DNA of 64,000 bases. It comes from Candidatus Bathyarchaeota archaeon (GTDB taxonomy: Archaea; Thermoproteota; Bathyarchaeia; Bathyarchaeales; Bathycorpusculaceae). The stretch is from contig CAWDYC010000003.1 in the NCBI GenBank assembly GCA_963806535.1, positions 224,001 to 288,000 of the forward strand, given 5' to 3'. How positions within the stretch are numbered: position 1 is the stretch's first letter; every line of letters starts with the position of its first letter. The notes under the pieces were generated by a model, which saw nothing but the letters and a program-made list of their open reading frames with translations, had not been told where the DNA came from and made no database searches. Below are positions 21,161 through 32,561 of this stretch, piece by piece. Made by a program: the position numbers and the translations under genes.

Positions 21161-21261
21161 AATTCAAAAATCTTGTCAACGTCTGTTCTAACCATATTTA
21201 GGCTATTTCTACGCTATACAGATTTAAGACTTATGAACAAGTCTAATTAGCTCTTCTTCTA

Positions 21262-22113
21262 CTACGACTTGACAGGACAGAGAGTTGCCTCTTTGTATGC
21301 TAAAAACCAATTTGTAAGAAAATTACTCCATTCGTCTTTAGCCTTTGCAGATTCTCTTAACATATCAGAAAAGTAAAATGATTTCTTAATTCTAACGGCT
21401 ATTTTGCTTGATTTAAACAGCAGTTCTATTGGGCTTCCTATAAGCAACACTCTTTGGACCTCATATGATGTTGCGAGATCAATAAGAAGGGCTTTAACAA
21501 AATCTTCAAGGTCTTTTTTATCGAGCTTATTCATTTTGGCTTCGATTTTTATAACTCTATCTTGAATCTCGGCTTTTTTAGTCATTATATGTGATATGCG
21601 TCTTTCCAAATCGAGTATGTCTTTAGTACTTTTCCATAGATTAAGTATGTTTTCTGTTGTTGGCTCAACAATTAGTTTTTCTTTCATGTTCCTTATTTCA
21701 AGATTCTTTTCAATCTCTTTTAGTAATAAAGAGTTCATTTCAATGCCAATTTTATTTAGATCCATAAACGTTTCCAAAAACATTTTCCGATTTGCATTTT
21801 GCGCTTTTGCTAATGTTTTTTCGAGTTTAATATTTGAATCAGCGAAGATTTCGCTATATTTTTTGTAAATGTTGCCTATTTTTTTCCGATTCATGATTAC
21901 AGTTAATGTGACAGGACCTTGCATTAGGAGACCTGCAAGTGCTTCTCCCTTATTTATTTTCCAAAGTCTCCCTAAAAGCGTCCTAGAATTTTGTTTTGGA
22001 AAGTCTATCTTTAGATAAGCTTTTAAAAAAAACATAGGATTTACAGTTTTTAGTTTCAACTCTATTTCATAATACGCCGTAATATTGCTTAGTGAGCTCT
22101 GATAACTTTCCAT
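21262..22113 (-). CDS. Hypothetical helical/coiled-coil protein
   Basis: 283-aa low-GC ORF, K/E/L-rich. Confidence 0.65.
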   Translation of the reverse strand: MESYQSSLSNITAYYEIELKLKTVNPMFFLKAYLKIDFPKQNSRTLLGRLWKINKGEALAGLLMQGPVTLTVIMNRKKIGNIYKKYSEIFADSNIKLEKTLAKAQNANRKMFLETFMDLNKIGIEMNSLLLKEIEKNLEIRNMKEKLIVEPTTENILNLWKSTKDILDLERRISHIMTKKAEIQDRVIKIEAKMNKLDKKDLEDFVKALLIDLATSYEVQRVLLIGSPIELLFKSSKIAVRIKKSFYFSDMLRESAKAKDEWSNFLTNWFLAYKEATLCPVKS

Positions 22114-22248
22114 AATTTCTCAATAAGCAGTATAAGGGTTCAGCTTTTAGTTATTGTGTTAACGCTCAAGATGCTGTGTGGAACGGTTATTCGCAAATCT
22201 ATTATACTAAACACCAGATACTCGTTACTAAATGAGTGCTTGATTGGG

Positions 22249-22581
22249 ATGCTCAAACCTGATTGGAAATATATCGAAACTGTTCAAAAGAAAATTAGGG
22301 TTATTAAAGTAAATATGAGAGAACGTGAGGTTGATGCAACCGATTTAGAAAACGGAATGATTTTTTGTCTCGATGCAAGCGAAAAAATCGATTTGGAAAA
22401 AATCAAAAAAGCAAAGATTTACCAAGTAACAGTTAAGGTGTTTAAAGCTGAGTTTACCTCTGAATTTGAAAGGCAATGGATTGAAACAGCTAAGGGCGAT
22501 ACAGAACTTCTTAAAGGATTAGAAATCATGAAGAGTACTGGGTCTAACCCAACCAAATACGAGCTAATTTCTTTTAGGTAG
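22249..22581 (+). CDS. Hypothetical protein
   Basis: Likely start MLKPDW within ORF 22156-22581. Confidence 0.6.
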   Translation: MLKPDWKYIETVQKKIRVIKVNMREREVDATDLENGMIFCLDASEKIDLEKIKKAKIYQVTVKVFKAEFTSEFERQWIETAKGDTELLKGLEIMKSTGSNPTKYELISFR

Positions 22582-22891
22582 CAAGTAACTATCTGCACGA
22601 AAGCAGAATCAGTATCCTATTCTTGCAGCTTAGTTACTCTTTGTAGCTGCCTGTCATATAATAGAAGGAAGAAATCGAGAGGACCCCCTCTTTTCGTATG
22701 ATTGTGATTTGTTAAAAGAAACTTTGGGTTCTTTCCAAGGTAAAGCTCTCAATGCTTTTCACGGTTTTTATTTTGATAAGCGCGTTCGAAACAGCATTTC
22801 TTCTTTAGAATCTTTTGAACTCATTTGAAAAACCTCTTTTTCTTCAACAAGATATCATTCTTTAAGACCAAATATGAAGTAAGTGGGTAGG

Positions 22892-23926
22892 TTATCCGAA
22901 CCATTTTTCCAAAGTCATTTTAGATTTCTGTTTCTTAGAACCTTCCATCATTCTGTCTAAAGATTTTCTTACTCTATCTTCAGAAAACTCTTTCTGTCGA
23001 AACATGAAGTCAATTACGCCCTCAACATTTGGCTCTCTCCACTCCAGCTTGTAGTTATCTGTAACTTCAGGATGCAAAAAGACCGCTCTGATACAGTTTG
23101 GCTCAACTGGAAAAGAAGCATTTTTAATGTTAGGAACTGCCGAATCTAATGATCCATATTGTTTGATTAGTTTAAGAGCGGTTTTTGGCCCGAGACCTTT
23201 TATGCCGTTTGGATTGAAGTCTGTGCCGATTAATATGGCGACATCGACTAATTGCTCGTAAGTTAAACCGGTTTCGGTTAATGCTTTGGATAACTCAATG
23301 ACTTCTGGCACGACATCTACATAGATTCCTTTGCTTGGAAGTTTTCGCCTGCCGGAAATAGTTACGTTTCTTAGAAGTTTAGGTGCTCCAAAAAGCAAGC
23401 TGTCATAGTCTTGGCTTGCACAGTAATCTGCATGGCCACATTTGGTCATGTAGGCTGCTTGAGCTTCTCCTTCGCTTGGCGCTTGAATCCAAGGCAAACC
23501 CATAAGATCCAAAAGTTTGTGGCTGTCTTCTTGCATGTAATCTTTCATGCTTGTTGTAGCTTGAGCGAACGTACGCATCTTTGCTGTGTCGCCTTTCGCC
23601 ACAGCCTTTTCATAGTGTACAGCTGCTTCCACTTTGACTTGTCTGCGCCGCTCAATCTCAGCCGCTTTCAAAGTTGGCGGAATCCCGTCAAAAACATAAA
23701 TTGGTTTTATTCCCATTTCGACAAGGTTGCTTGTGCGGTAGAATAAGCCACTTAGGTGACTTGTGATGTGTCCGGTGCTGTCTTTTAGCGGGGTACCGTC
23801 AGGTTGCCGGATAATCGAGAGAAATTGGTAGATCGCGTTGTAAGCGTCTATGGCAATGATTTTGCCGCTTAAATCCTCAAGTTTAACCGGAGTTTTCGGA
23901 ACCAGATCTTTGAAGTCTACGCCCAA
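22892..23926 (-). CDS. fen: Flap endonuclease 1
   Basis: IDAYNAIYQFL, EGEAQAA, SQDYDSLLFG, GTDFN, PIP box QKSKMTLEKWF. Confidence 0.97.
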   Translation of the reverse strand: MGVDFKDLVPKTPVKLEDLSGKIIAIDAYNAIYQFLSIIRQPDGTPLKDSTGHITSHLSGLFYRTSNLVEMGIKPIYVFDGIPPTLKAAEIERRRQVKVEAAVHYEKAVAKGDTAKMRTFAQATTSMKDYMQEDSHKLLDLMGLPWIQAPSEGEAQAAYMTKCGHADYCASQDYDSLLFGAPKLLRNVTISGRRKLPSKGIYVDVVPEVIELSKALTETGLTYEQLVDVAILIGTDFNPNGIKGLGPKTALKLIKQYGSLDSAVPNIKNASFPVEPNCIRAVFLHPEVTDNYKLEWREPNVEGVIDFMFRQKEFSEDRVRKSLDRMMEGSKKQKSKMTLEKWFG

Positions 23927-24067
23927 AATTTACCACGAATAAAATAGGCAAGAAACCTTCTTAATAAACTTGCGAAAAATGTCTTAAAACTTACAGCTTA
24001 TCAGGAAGTTATAAGCACAGCAGATATAAGGAACCCTTACAATTTAAAACCGCAAGAGATGTAGATT

Positions 24068-24247
24068 ATGACAGAAAAACTGTCCTTAGTTACCTGTACA
24101 AGCTGCGGCAAACCAATTCCGCCTGCCAGCGAATCCACAAAATTCCTCTGCCCCAACTGCGGAGAAATCCAGATTAAGAGAGACGGAAAATGTCGCAAAT
24201 TCGGACGCTTATACAAGTGCCCAAAATGCGGATTCACAGGACCATAA
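24068..24247 (+). CDS. Small double Zn-ribbon protein (DUF1610/HVO_2753-like), not in the ORF track
   Basis: MTEKLSLVTCTSCGKPIPPASESTKFLCPNCGEIQIKRDGKCRKFGRLYKCPKCGFTGP; known neighbour of EF-1beta. Confidence 0.88.
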   Translation: MTEKLSLVTCTSCGKPIPPASESTKFLCPNCGEIQIKRDGKCRKFGRLYKCPKCGFTGP

Positions 24248-24258
24248 GGCGAAAGAAC

Positions 24259-24537
24259 ATGGGAAGCGTTATTGTAACATACAAGGTTTTCCCAGAAGAC
24301 ATAATGAAAAGTTTTGACGGACTTAAACAAGAAATCAATAATATTAAGCCAGAGTTTGCTTCAATTGAGGGATACGGCGAAGAACCAGTTGCTTTTGGAT
24401 TGGTAGCGCTTCTTGTTCAACTTAAATTCCCAGAAGATAAAGGCGGAATTGTTGATGAATTTGAAGAAAAACTCGGTAAAATCCCAGGCGTCAGCCAAGC
24501 ACAATGCATACAGGTACGCCGAAGCAGTAGAGATTAA
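24259..24537 (+). CDS. ef1b: Translation elongation factor 1-beta
   Basis: YKVFPED, EEPVAFGLVAL. Confidence 0.92.
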   Translation: MGSVIVTYKVFPEDIMKSFDGLKQEINNIKPEFASIEGYGEEPVAFGLVALLVQLKFPEDKGGIVDEFEEKLGKIPGVSQAQCIQVRRSSRD

Positions 24538-24688
24538 TCAAATTTTCTTGTTTTTTAGACAATGAATCCATCAATCTTCTCGTTAACAAGCACCTGAAAG
24601 TATTGATTATAAAGCTCTAAAGTTTATATAGGAATGAAGGTTTTCTTTTCAAACATAACTTTGGTACCAGATTATTGGAAGATTCTGT

Positions 24689-26896
24689 ATGAGTGAAGTT
24701 CAATTACGCGTTGGAGACGCAAGGCAAAGAGATGTGGGTAGAGGAATCGCCCGGATAGATCAGCGAACAATGCAGAAATTAGGCATAAGCGCTGGAGACG
24801 TCATAGAAATAATTAATAAGCGTACAACTTCCGCAATTGCCTGGCCAGCTTACAGTGAAGACCAAAACCGCGACATCATACGCATTGACGGTTATACGCG
24901 AAAAAACACTGGTGTAGCCATAAACGAGTATGTTGTTGTACGTCCTGCAAAAGTCAAGACAGCTTTAAGCATAACTCTTGCACCAGTAGACATGCGTCTT
25001 AACGTAGACGAAGATTTTACTAATTTTGTTAAAAATCGCCTTATGGAACGGACTCTCGTGGAAGGCGACACAACACTAGTAATGATGCTAGGACACGCCA
25101 TACCATTCACAGTTTCAAAAACCCGACCACACGGAATAATTAAAGTAACAGCTGAAACACGCTTAACCATACTAAATGAACCAGCACCCGAAGGAAAAGG
25201 CTTGCCAAGAACCACATACGAAGACATCGGCGGCTTACATGAAGAAATCCAACGCGTCAGAGAAATGGTTGAACTGCCACTGCGGCACCCTGAGCTTTTC
25301 CAACGCTTAGGAATCGAACCGCCAAAAGGTGTGTTGCTTCATGGTCCACCAGGCTGCGGCAAAACACTACTAGCACGAGCGGTCGCTAACGAGTCAGAAG
25401 CCAACTTCTACTCCATTAACGGTCCAGAAATCATGAGCAAATTCTACGGTGAATCAGAAGCACGTTTACGGGAAATTTTCCAGCAAGCCCAACAAAATGC
25501 ACCAAGCATAATCTTCGTTGACGAATTAGATGCTATCGCACCTAAACGAGAAGAAGTTACAGGCGAAGTTGAAAGACGAGTTGTTGCACAACTCCTTGCG
25601 TTAATGGATGGATTAGGCGGAAGAGGAAACGTCATAGTTATTGGCGCAACTAACCGTCCAAGTGCATTAGACCCTGCATTGCGTAGACCTGGAAGATTTG
25701 ACAGAGAAATAGAAATTGGAGTGCCTGACAAGAAAGGACGCTACGAAGTTCTCCAGATCCACACACGAGGTATGCCTCTCCACGGTATTGAGAAAGCTCC
25801 ATCAGCAGAAAAATCTACAGAGGATGTTGATCTCAAGAAACTCGCCGACATGACTCATGGCTACACAGGTGCAGACTTATCAGCTCTCGGCAGAGAAACT
25901 GCCATGAAAGCCCTTCGCAGATACTTGCCACAAATTAACCTTGAAGAAGAACGCATTCCACCTGCAGTGCTGGAGAAGATGGAGGTTTTAATGAGCGATT
26001 TCCTCGGTGCCTACAAAGAAGTGACACCCACAGCCATGCGTGAAGTCTACATCGAAGTTTCCACTGTCCACTGGGATGACGTAGGCGGACTTAACGAAGT
26101 AAAAGAACACCTCAAAGAATCAGTAGAGTGGCCAATCAAGAATCCGGAAATGTTTACACGACTTGGAATTAGACCACCAAAGGGCATATTGCTATATGGT
26201 CCACCAGGCTGCGGCAAAACCCTACTAGCACGAGGGGTGGCAACGGAAAGCGAAGCTAACTTCATATCCATAAAAGGTCCTGAAGTGTTCTCTAAATGGG
26301 TTGGAGAATCAGAAAAAGCAATACGTGAAGTATTCCGAAAAGCCAGAATGGCAGCTCCTGCAGTAATATTCCTAGACGAAATAGATTCACTCACACCCCG
26401 ACGTGGAATGGGTATGTCTGACAGCGGCGTCTCAGAACGAGTCATAAGTCAACTGCTAACAGAAATGGACGGCATAACTACATTACAAGATATCGTGGTG
26501 ATCGCTGCAACAAACCGCCCTGACATGGTGGATTCTGCTGTGCTACGCCCCGGAAGATTTGACAGATTAATTTATGTGCCTGAACCAGACGAAAAAAGCC
26601 GCTTGCAAATACTAAAAATCTACACAAAAGGCATGCCAATCTGCAAAGACGTTGACTTAAACCAAATTACAACCATGACCAAATACTATTCAGGTGCTGA
26701 CATTGAATCTTTGTGCAGAGAAGCAGCAATGCATGCTTTAAGAAGAGACGTTAACTCTGGCGAAGTTGTCATGAAAGACTTCTCAGATGCCTTAAAAGAG
26801 ATGGGTCCATCAATCTCGCCTGACATGGAAAAGTGGTACAAGAGTTTCATGCAGCAAGTGCGACAAGTACAAAAGCCAGCAACCCCAGTTGCTTAA
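24689..26896 (+). CDS. cdc48: Cdc48/VCP family AAA+ ATPase
   Basis: N-domain [10 protein letters not shown]; two GPPGCGKT Walker A motifs; RPGRFDR twice. Confidence 0.97.
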   Translation: MSEVQLRVGDARQRDVGRGIARIDQRTMQKLGISAGDVIEIINKRTTSAIAWPAYSEDQNRDIIRIDGYTRKNTGVAINEYVVVRPAKVKTALSITLAPVDMRLNVDEDFTNFVKNRLMERTLVEGDTTLVMMLGHAIPFTVSKTRPHGIIKVTAETRLTILNEPAPEGKGLPRTTYEDIGGLHEEIQRVREMVELPLRHPELFQRLGIEPPKGVLLHGPPGCGKTLLARAVANESEANFYSINGPEIMSKFYGESEARLREIFQQAQQNAPSIIFVDELDAIAPKREEVTGEVERRVVAQLLALMDGLGGRGNVIVIGATNRPSALDPALRRPGRFDREIEIGVPDKKGRYEVLQIHTRGMPLHGIEKAPSAEKSTEDVDLKKLADMTHGYTGADLSALGRETAMKALRRYLPQINLEEERIPPAVLEKMEVLMSDFLGAYKEVTPTAMREVYIEVSTVHWDDVGGLNEVKEHLKESVEWPIKNPEMFTRLGIRPPKGILLYGPPGCGKTLLARGVATESEANFISIKGPEVFSKWVGESEKAIREVFRKARMAAPAVIFLDEIDSLTPRRGMGMSDSGVSERVISQLLTEMDGITTLQDIVVIAATNRPDMVDSAVLRPGRFDRLIYVPEPDEKSRLQILKIYTKGMPICKDVDLNQITTMTKYYSGADIESLCREAAMHALRRDVNSGEVVMKDFSDALKEMGPSISPDMEKWYKSFMQQVRQVQKPATPVA

Positions 26897-27140
26897 AGAA
26901 GGAACGCTTATGCCGCAAATGAAAGTTTGGAAAACTCGGCCAGCTTACTTTTTTGCATTGGAAATTCTGCAGAAAAAAGGCGACTTGACAGACGATGAGC
27001 TACTTACTCAAATAAAAGGCGAGTACGAAGACTTAGGCTATAAAGACTTCAACGACTTACTGTTGAAACTGGAAGTAAGCGGTAAAATCCGAACTTCTTC
27101 AATGGCGCGTGGAAAACGTCGTATTGAATTAGTCCAGTAA
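26889..27140 (+). CDS. Small wHTH-like hypothetical protein
   Basis: [11 protein letters not shown] helix-wing pattern; coupled to cdc48. Confidence 0.65.
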   Translation: MLKEGTLMPQMKVWKTRPAYFFALEILQKKGDLTDDELLTQIKGEYEDLGYKDFNDLLLKLEVSGKIRTSSMARGKRRIELVQ

Positions 27141-27147
27141 CTTAACG

Positions 27148-28397
27148 ATGATTACGCAAACAAGGCAACCGGACAGAATCTACTTCGGACGTTGTAGTTA
27201 TTGGAGGCGGACCTGTCGGTTCTTTTGCAGCCTTAAATCTAGCTAAACTAGGCGTTAAAACAACAGTTTTTGAAGAACATCCTGAAATCGGGTTACCGTC
27301 CCATTGCGCTGGACACTGAGCATTCGGAGCCTACAGAGTATCGGTTTGTATCCGCTTCCAAAGGGCATTGTTGAAAACACTTTTGACACTGCAAACTTTT
27401 ATTCGCCGACGGGTACAAAATTTTCCCTTCATCTTTCGAAACCTGTGACGGCAGTTTTGAATAGGCTCTCTTTGACCAGCATCTGGCTGAGCAAGCAAAA
27501 GCTGCTGGAGCGAAATTCGTCTTAAATTCGCGTGTCCAATCACTGATTAAAGCTGATGGCTTCGTAAAAGGAATAAATATCCAACAAAACGATCAGAGAG
27601 AAGAACAAGTTTACTCCAAAATCACGTTGGATTCTGAAGGCATCTCCTCGAGACTTTTGAGGCAAGCGGGCTTAACCGCCCTTAAGCCAAAAGGACTTGT
27701 TTACGCGGTTGAAGCTGAAGTAGAAAGTGTAAAAGACATTGAAGTTAACTCCGTCGAAGTCTATTTTGGAAAATCATATGCACCTGGTTTTTATGGATGG
27801 CTAATCCCCAGACTTGATGGAACAGCAAAGGTAGGCTTGGCAACAAACCAAGGAAACCCCCATGAATTTCTCCGCGCACTCATGCTTAAGCATCCTGTTG
27901 CATCAAAACAACTTGGCAAATCCAAAATAACCAAGATTGGATATCACGCCATAACACTAGGAGGCCCAATCAGCAAGGCTTACGACAATGGATTTCTTGC
28001 CTGCGGCGACTGCGCGTCTCAGGTTAAGCCAACCACCGGTGGCGGAGTAATATTTGGATTAACATGCGCCAAAATAGCAGCGCAAACAGCGTCTGAAGCT
28101 TTGCAGCACGGTGATGTTTCCTCTGATTTTCTGCAAGCTTACCAAAAAAGATGCGCGGACTTGCTGCGTTTCGATTTCAGTGTAATGCTTAGGCTAAGGA
28201 GGTTTCTTGATTCTCTGTCTGACGAAAAAGTGGATGAAATGCTGCGGGTGTGCGCAAAACTGGGCGTTGATAAGGCATTGATTGATGTGGATGAAATCGA
28301 TTTTCAAGGAAAAATGATGCTTACCGTTTTAGGCAAACCCGCGATGCTGGCAGCGTTGGCTTACTTTGCGATGCTTTACCTCTCTGCAAATCCTTAA
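27148..28397 (+). CDS. Geranylgeranyl reductase family flavoprotein, frameshifted
   Basis: DVVVIGGGPVG, PSHCAG, YGWLIP, GDCASQVKPTTGGG. Confidence 0.85.
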
Positions 28398-28435
28398 AAT
28401 GTTCGAATGCCAATTTAGAGGCGGGATAAAAGAGA

Positions 28436-28798
28436 ATGGGCGAATTTGAATACAAACAAGTCCTAGTGTTCCGAACCGATTTGCAAATGAGTAAAGGCAA
28501 AATTGCTGCGCAAGCGGGGCACGCAGCGGTTTCAGCTGCTCAAGCCGCCTTTAATCAACATAAGAAGTGGTGGGAAGCATGGATGTATGAGGGTCAACGC
28601 AAGATTGCAGTGAAGGTTGCCGATGAGAAAGAACTTGGCGAGTTGGAAGAGGCGGCTGACCAATTAGGTTTGCCTCATGCATTGATTGTAGATAGAGGGT
28701 TAACTCAGGTTCCTGAAGGTACAGTAACATGTTTGGGGATTGGTCCTGCTCCAGCAGAAAAGATTGACCGTTTAACGGGCAAATTAAAATTGTTGTAG
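28436..28798 (+). CDS. pth2: Peptidyl-tRNA hydrolase Pth2
   Basis: MSKGKIAAQAGHA, DRGLTQ, GIGP. Confidence 0.95.
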   Translation: MGEFEYKQVLVFRTDLQMSKGKIAAQAGHAAVSAAQAAFNQHKKWWEAWMYEGQRKIAVKVADEKELGELEEAADQLGLPHALIVDRGLTQVPEGTVTCLGIGPAPAEKIDRLTGKLKLL

Positions 28799-28807
28799 GG
28801 CGATTGT

Positions 28808-30181
28808 GTGCCTGTTTCACCGCTTGACAAGCAGCTTGGCATCGAAGTTTACGCCACCAAAAGTTTAGGAGTTGGCGGTGCGATTCGTGAAGCGGTTGAT
28901 GATTTTGTTGTTGAAGAAATGCTTGTTGACGGTTCAAAGGCAAGCGTTAGTGGAGTGGTTCCAGGTAAAGTCTTAGGTTCTTCAATCCAGAGACAGAGGT
29001 TTCTTCTGTGTGTTTTGGTTAAGCGTAACTGGGACACTTTCATAGCAGTTAAGAACATTGCGAAACAGCTTGGAATAGATCAAAGGCGCATTCAGATTGC
29101 AGGCATAAAAGATGCCAAAGCTGTTACGGCACAACATTTGACAATTGAAGATAGCTTGGCAGGTGATGCTTCAAAAGTGAACGTAAAAGACATACAACTT
29201 TACCCCGTTGGCTATGTCCGTGAGGCACTCTCGCTATTTTACCTGCTAGGCAATTATTTCACAATAAATATAAAATCAATAATGCTTGAACAAGATGTTG
29301 TTGAAACAAGGATAATTCAGACCTACGAAGAACTTCAAGCTTTAGGCGGTATTCCGAACTTTTTTGGTCACCAACGCTTCGGCACCACCCGCCCAATAAC
29401 CCATTTAGTTGGCAAAGCCCTAGTTCGAGGCGATTTCAAAGAGGCGACAATGCTTTTTTTAGCTAAGCCAAGCATTCATGAGCACCCGTCATCAAGGCAA
29501 GCACGCCAACAGTTACAAGAATCGGGAGATTTCAGGCAGGCGCTTGACAATTTTCCAAAACAGCTTCGTTTTGAAAAGATAATGCTCTGTCACTTAGCTG
29601 ATTACCCCGAGGATTTTGTTGGTGCATTTCAACAGTTGCCGGTAAAGCTTCAGGAGCTTTTTGTGCAAGCGCATCAATCCTATCTTTTTAACCGTTTCTT
29701 AAGTGAGCGGATAAAGCGGGGTTACTTTTTGAATAAACCAGAGGTTGGAGATTTCGTCGTCGGTGTTGAACGTTCAGGTTTACCTGTTACTAAGATGGCA
29801 AAAATGGTAACTGCGGAAACGTTAGCTGAAATTAATGAGCGTGTGAAGTCCGGAAAAATGCGGATAGCCCTGCCTATTGTAGGGGAAAAACAGAAGCTTT
29901 CACAAGGCATTATGGGAGAAATAGAAAAACAGGTTCTTGAAGAAGAAGAAATCGACTTAGAAAGCGAACAAGTTAATGAATTATCAAAGGTAGGCGGCAG
30001 AGGTGGATTGAGAACAGCGATCACTTTAATTAGAGATTTTAAGGTCAAAAAAGTTTCAACAAATGAAGAAGGCAGAGACAGCCAAGCCGCGTTAAGTTTT
30101 ATGCTGCTTAGAGGTTCATATGCAACGGTGCTTTTACGAGAAATAATGAAGCCTTCCGATCCAATAGATTCTGGCTTCTAA
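28808..30181 (+). CDS. truD: tRNA pseudouridine(13) synthase
   Basis: DFVVEE, AGIKDAKAVTAQ, PNFFGHQRFG, GSYATVLLRE. Confidence 0.95.
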   Translation: MPVSPLDKQLGIEVYATKSLGVGGAIREAVDDFVVEEMLVDGSKASVSGVVPGKVLGSSIQRQRFLLCVLVKRNWDTFIAVKNIAKQLGIDQRRIQIAGIKDAKAVTAQHLTIEDSLAGDASKVNVKDIQLYPVGYVREALSLFYLLGNYFTINIKSIMLEQDVVETRIIQTYEELQALGGIPNFFGHQRFGTTRPITHLVGKALVRGDFKEATMLFLAKPSIHEHPSSRQARQQLQESGDFRQALDNFPKQLRFEKIMLCHLADYPEDFVGAFQQLPVKLQELFVQAHQSYLFNRFLSERIKRGYFLNKPEVGDFVVGVERSGLPVTKMAKMVTAETLAEINERVKSGKMRIALPIVGEKQKLSQGIMGEIEKQVLEEEEIDLESEQVNELSKVGGRGGLRTAITLIRDFKVKKVSTNEEGRDSQAALSFMLLRGSYATVLLREIMKPSDPIDSGF

Positions 30182-30195
30182 ATCTCATCAAAGTC

Positions 30196-30681
30196 CTATT
30201 TCGCTGTTTCAGGCATATTTTTCTTAAGGTTTAAAGCAAATTCTTCTGCCTGCTTAAGGTCGTCCTCATTGGGTCTTCCTTTGTTTAGACCACCGCTAAT
30301 TTTCAAGAGCCCGTAAGTGTCAAATCCAGCAACGTTTAATTCGCTGACGATTTCAAAACCTTTAGCCACAAGGTTTTCCTTAAGCTGCTTATGAAATTTA
30401 ACCATGTTTCCAGTTCGACCGCTTGTAGAAAAGATGAACGCTTTCTTGTGGGTTACTTGAGGAATTTTATCTGCGAACTCAAGGACTGCTTTGTGAAGTT
30501 TTCCAAAGTAAACTCCTGAACCAAAACCTACAAGGTCATAATTTGTAACGCCATTAGGGTCAACTTCACTCGGACTTTTTATTTCTGCACCTATAGCTTT
30601 AGATATTACTTGGGCTACTTTTTCCGTGTTTTTGTGATGATATGAAAATAGAATAATTAGAGCGTTCATTTTTGAAACCAC
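30196..30681 (-). CDS. Flavodoxin family protein
   Basis: SYHHKNTEKVA, GFGSGVY, FSTSG, GRPNEDDL. Confidence 0.88.
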   Translation of the reverse strand: MVSKMNALIILFSYHHKNTEKVAQVISKAIGAEIKSPSEVDPNGVTNYDLVGFGSGVYFGKLHKAVLEFADKIPQVTHKKAFIFSTSGRTGNMVKFHKQLKENLVAKGFEIVSELNVAGFDTYGLLKISGGLNKGRPNEDDLKQAEEFALNLKKNMPETAK

Positions 30682-30781
30682 TTTATCTTAAGTTAAAAAG
30701 GACCTGTATTTAGGTTCTATGGTTGGTAACAAGGTTGATAAGCAAGTGATAAATTAATTTTCTAGCAGGAAGCCTTTTTTT

Positions 30782-31336
30782 ATGGAAAACGAACGGCAAT
30801 GCGTCATACCACTTCATAGACCAAGTTACAAGGAATTAGCCTTCTTTTTTATATCAGGGATTCTAATCAGCTTTCCTTTTGCATTTGTTTTTGAACAGTT
30901 GTCTTCTGTTGTTTCTTTGGCTTTAACAATCGTCGTTTTGGGACCGTTCATCGAGGAGTTAGCTAAGGTGTTCCCATTATTCTATAGGCATGGTGAAACT
31001 GAAAGGTCAATTGTTACTTTGGGCATTTTAATCGGGTTAGCTTTTGGTATAACAGAATTAGTTCTGTATGTTTTTCTTGCTGGTCAACCTCTAATTGTCA
31101 GAATTCCAGGTCTTATTTTTCACTCTTCATGGGCAGCTATAACTGCTTATGGAATTGCTAAGAAAAATCCATTACCATACTACTTGATAGCCGTGACGTT
31201 TCACATAACAATTAACTTTTTTGCGCTAGAAGCACTTCCGTTTGGTTTGGTCGTTGAAATAATAGTTTTAGTCACGTCTTATCTTTTAGCTTGGCGATTC
31301 TATCATCAGGCTTCAAAGGAAAAAATAGTCGTTTAA
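30782..31336 (+). CDS. PrsW-like glutamic-type intramembrane protease
   Basis: PFIEELAK, GLAFGITE, two His motifs in TMs. Confidence 0.8.
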   Translation: MENERQCVIPLHRPSYKELAFFFISGILISFPFAFVFEQLSSVVSLALTIVVLGPFIEELAKVFPLFYRHGETERSIVTLGILIGLAFGITELVLYVFLAGQPLIVRIPGLIFHSSWAAITAYGIAKKNPLPYYLIAVTFHITINFFALEALPFGLVVEIIVLVTSYLLAWRFYHQASKEKIVV

Positions 31337-31860
31337 CAGACTTTGTCTGTTTTAGCTAAATCTCTTAGCCTGTTAACGCCATCTATTTCCTGAATAAAGT
31401 CAGCGACGCTTTTTGGAACAAGCTTCATCCAACTTTCATCTTGAAGCATTTTTTCCCTAACGATAGTTGACATATACAATTGCCTGTCGAAGAAAGGAAT
31501 GTTTTTGACAGGGTAGCCTTTTTCCATGAAAAGTCTCTGTGTCAAGGGTTCGTTGGAAAAAACAATATTAAACTTTGGCGTGTAACCTTCAAGAGCACTA
31601 ACCCACAGCATATGCAAATGAACATCTGGAACAGGAACCACCCAAAGTTTCGAATAATCCACTTTAGCTTCTTGTAAGGCATTGCGAATCATGACTAGTC
31701 TCTCACCTGCTGTGAATGGATTATTTCCGTTATGGCTGTATTGGGCACTGCCGATAACTATGACAAGTTCATCAATTTCTTTTAGAACCGCCTTGATAGC
31801 GCCGAGGTGACCTAAATGAAAAGGTTGAAACCTGCCAACATAAAGACCTCTATTGACCAA
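31333..31860 (-). CDS. nadM: Nicotinamide-nucleotide adenylyltransferase
   Basis: GRFQPFHLGH, NPFTAGER. Confidence 0.95.
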   Translation of the reverse strand: MVNRGLYVGRFQPFHLGHLGAIKAVLKEIDELVIVIGSAQYSHNGNNPFTAGERLVMIRNALQEAKVDYSKLWVVPVPDVHLHMLWVSALEGYTPKFNIVFSNEPLTQRLFMEKGYPVKNIPFFDRQLYMSTIVREKMLQDESWMKLVPKSVADFIQEIDGVNRLRDLAKTDKVC

Positions 31861-31928
31861 CGGTGTTTCCTCTCCTTTGACGTTAAGCTCGCATGCTTTT
31901 ATGATTTGCGTTAACCAAAAAATTTTGT

Positions 31929-32522
31929 TTAAGCAAAGTTTCCAAGTGTGAATTCAACTGGAAAAACCTGAAGTGTCCTTCCATTAAATTCCACTTCTTT
32001 TGGAGCGGAAAAGCCTTTCTTCTCTCGAGTTAAGAACTCAAGTTTAACTTTTAACCCTCCGCCATAGCCACCCAATGTAAAATCTGATTTTACAACCCTA
32101 TGGCAAGGAATGATGGGCGCAAAAGGGTTTGATGCCATTACATTTCCAACAGCCCTCGGACCACCCCCTACCGCTTTAGCGATTGAGCCATAAGAGGCTA
32201 CATAGCCAAGTGGAATCTTGGCAGTTGCCTTAAGTGTTTTTTGAGTGTAAGCAGGTAAACGACTCAAAGCCAAAGGAAAGCTTGCGTTAACATCTTCACC
32301 CTCGTAAATGTTTTTGAGAAAGGCAAATATGTCTTTAGCAAACGCAGATGGCTCATGGAAAACTTCGAAAGATATGTTGAATGGGATACTTTTTAAAATG
32401 TTACTTAATGTTTCTTGTTGATTTGCATTAAATGAGGAGGCAACAATTTGCTGTTTTGCGCATGCGATGCTAAACCAGATGCCGTCAATGTCCTGAGAAT
32501 AAATTTCGATCATCAGCTTCAA
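31929..32522 (-). CDS. ogt: Methylated-DNA--protein-cysteine methyltransferase
   Basis: RAVGN, IPCHRVV, GGYGGG. Confidence 0.93.
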   Translation of the reverse strand: MKLMIEIYSQDIDGIWFSIACAKQQIVASSFNANQQETLSNILKSIPFNISFEVFHEPSAFAKDIFAFLKNIYEGEDVNASFPLALSRLPAYTQKTLKATAKIPLGYVASYGSIAKAVGGGPRAVGNVMASNPFAPIIPCHRVVKSDFTLGGYGGGLKVKLEFLTREKKGFSAPKEVEFNGRTLQVFPVEFTLGNFA

Positions 32523-32561
32523 CCAATACGGCTATTGCCTCTGTAATAACAAAAGGGCATG

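Noticed and set aside
24037-24330. Antisense ORF here, and the many similar short shadow ORFs opposite cdc48, nadC, copA, truD and the ABC genes
   Set aside because: They overlap well-supported genes on the opposite strand and have no motifs.
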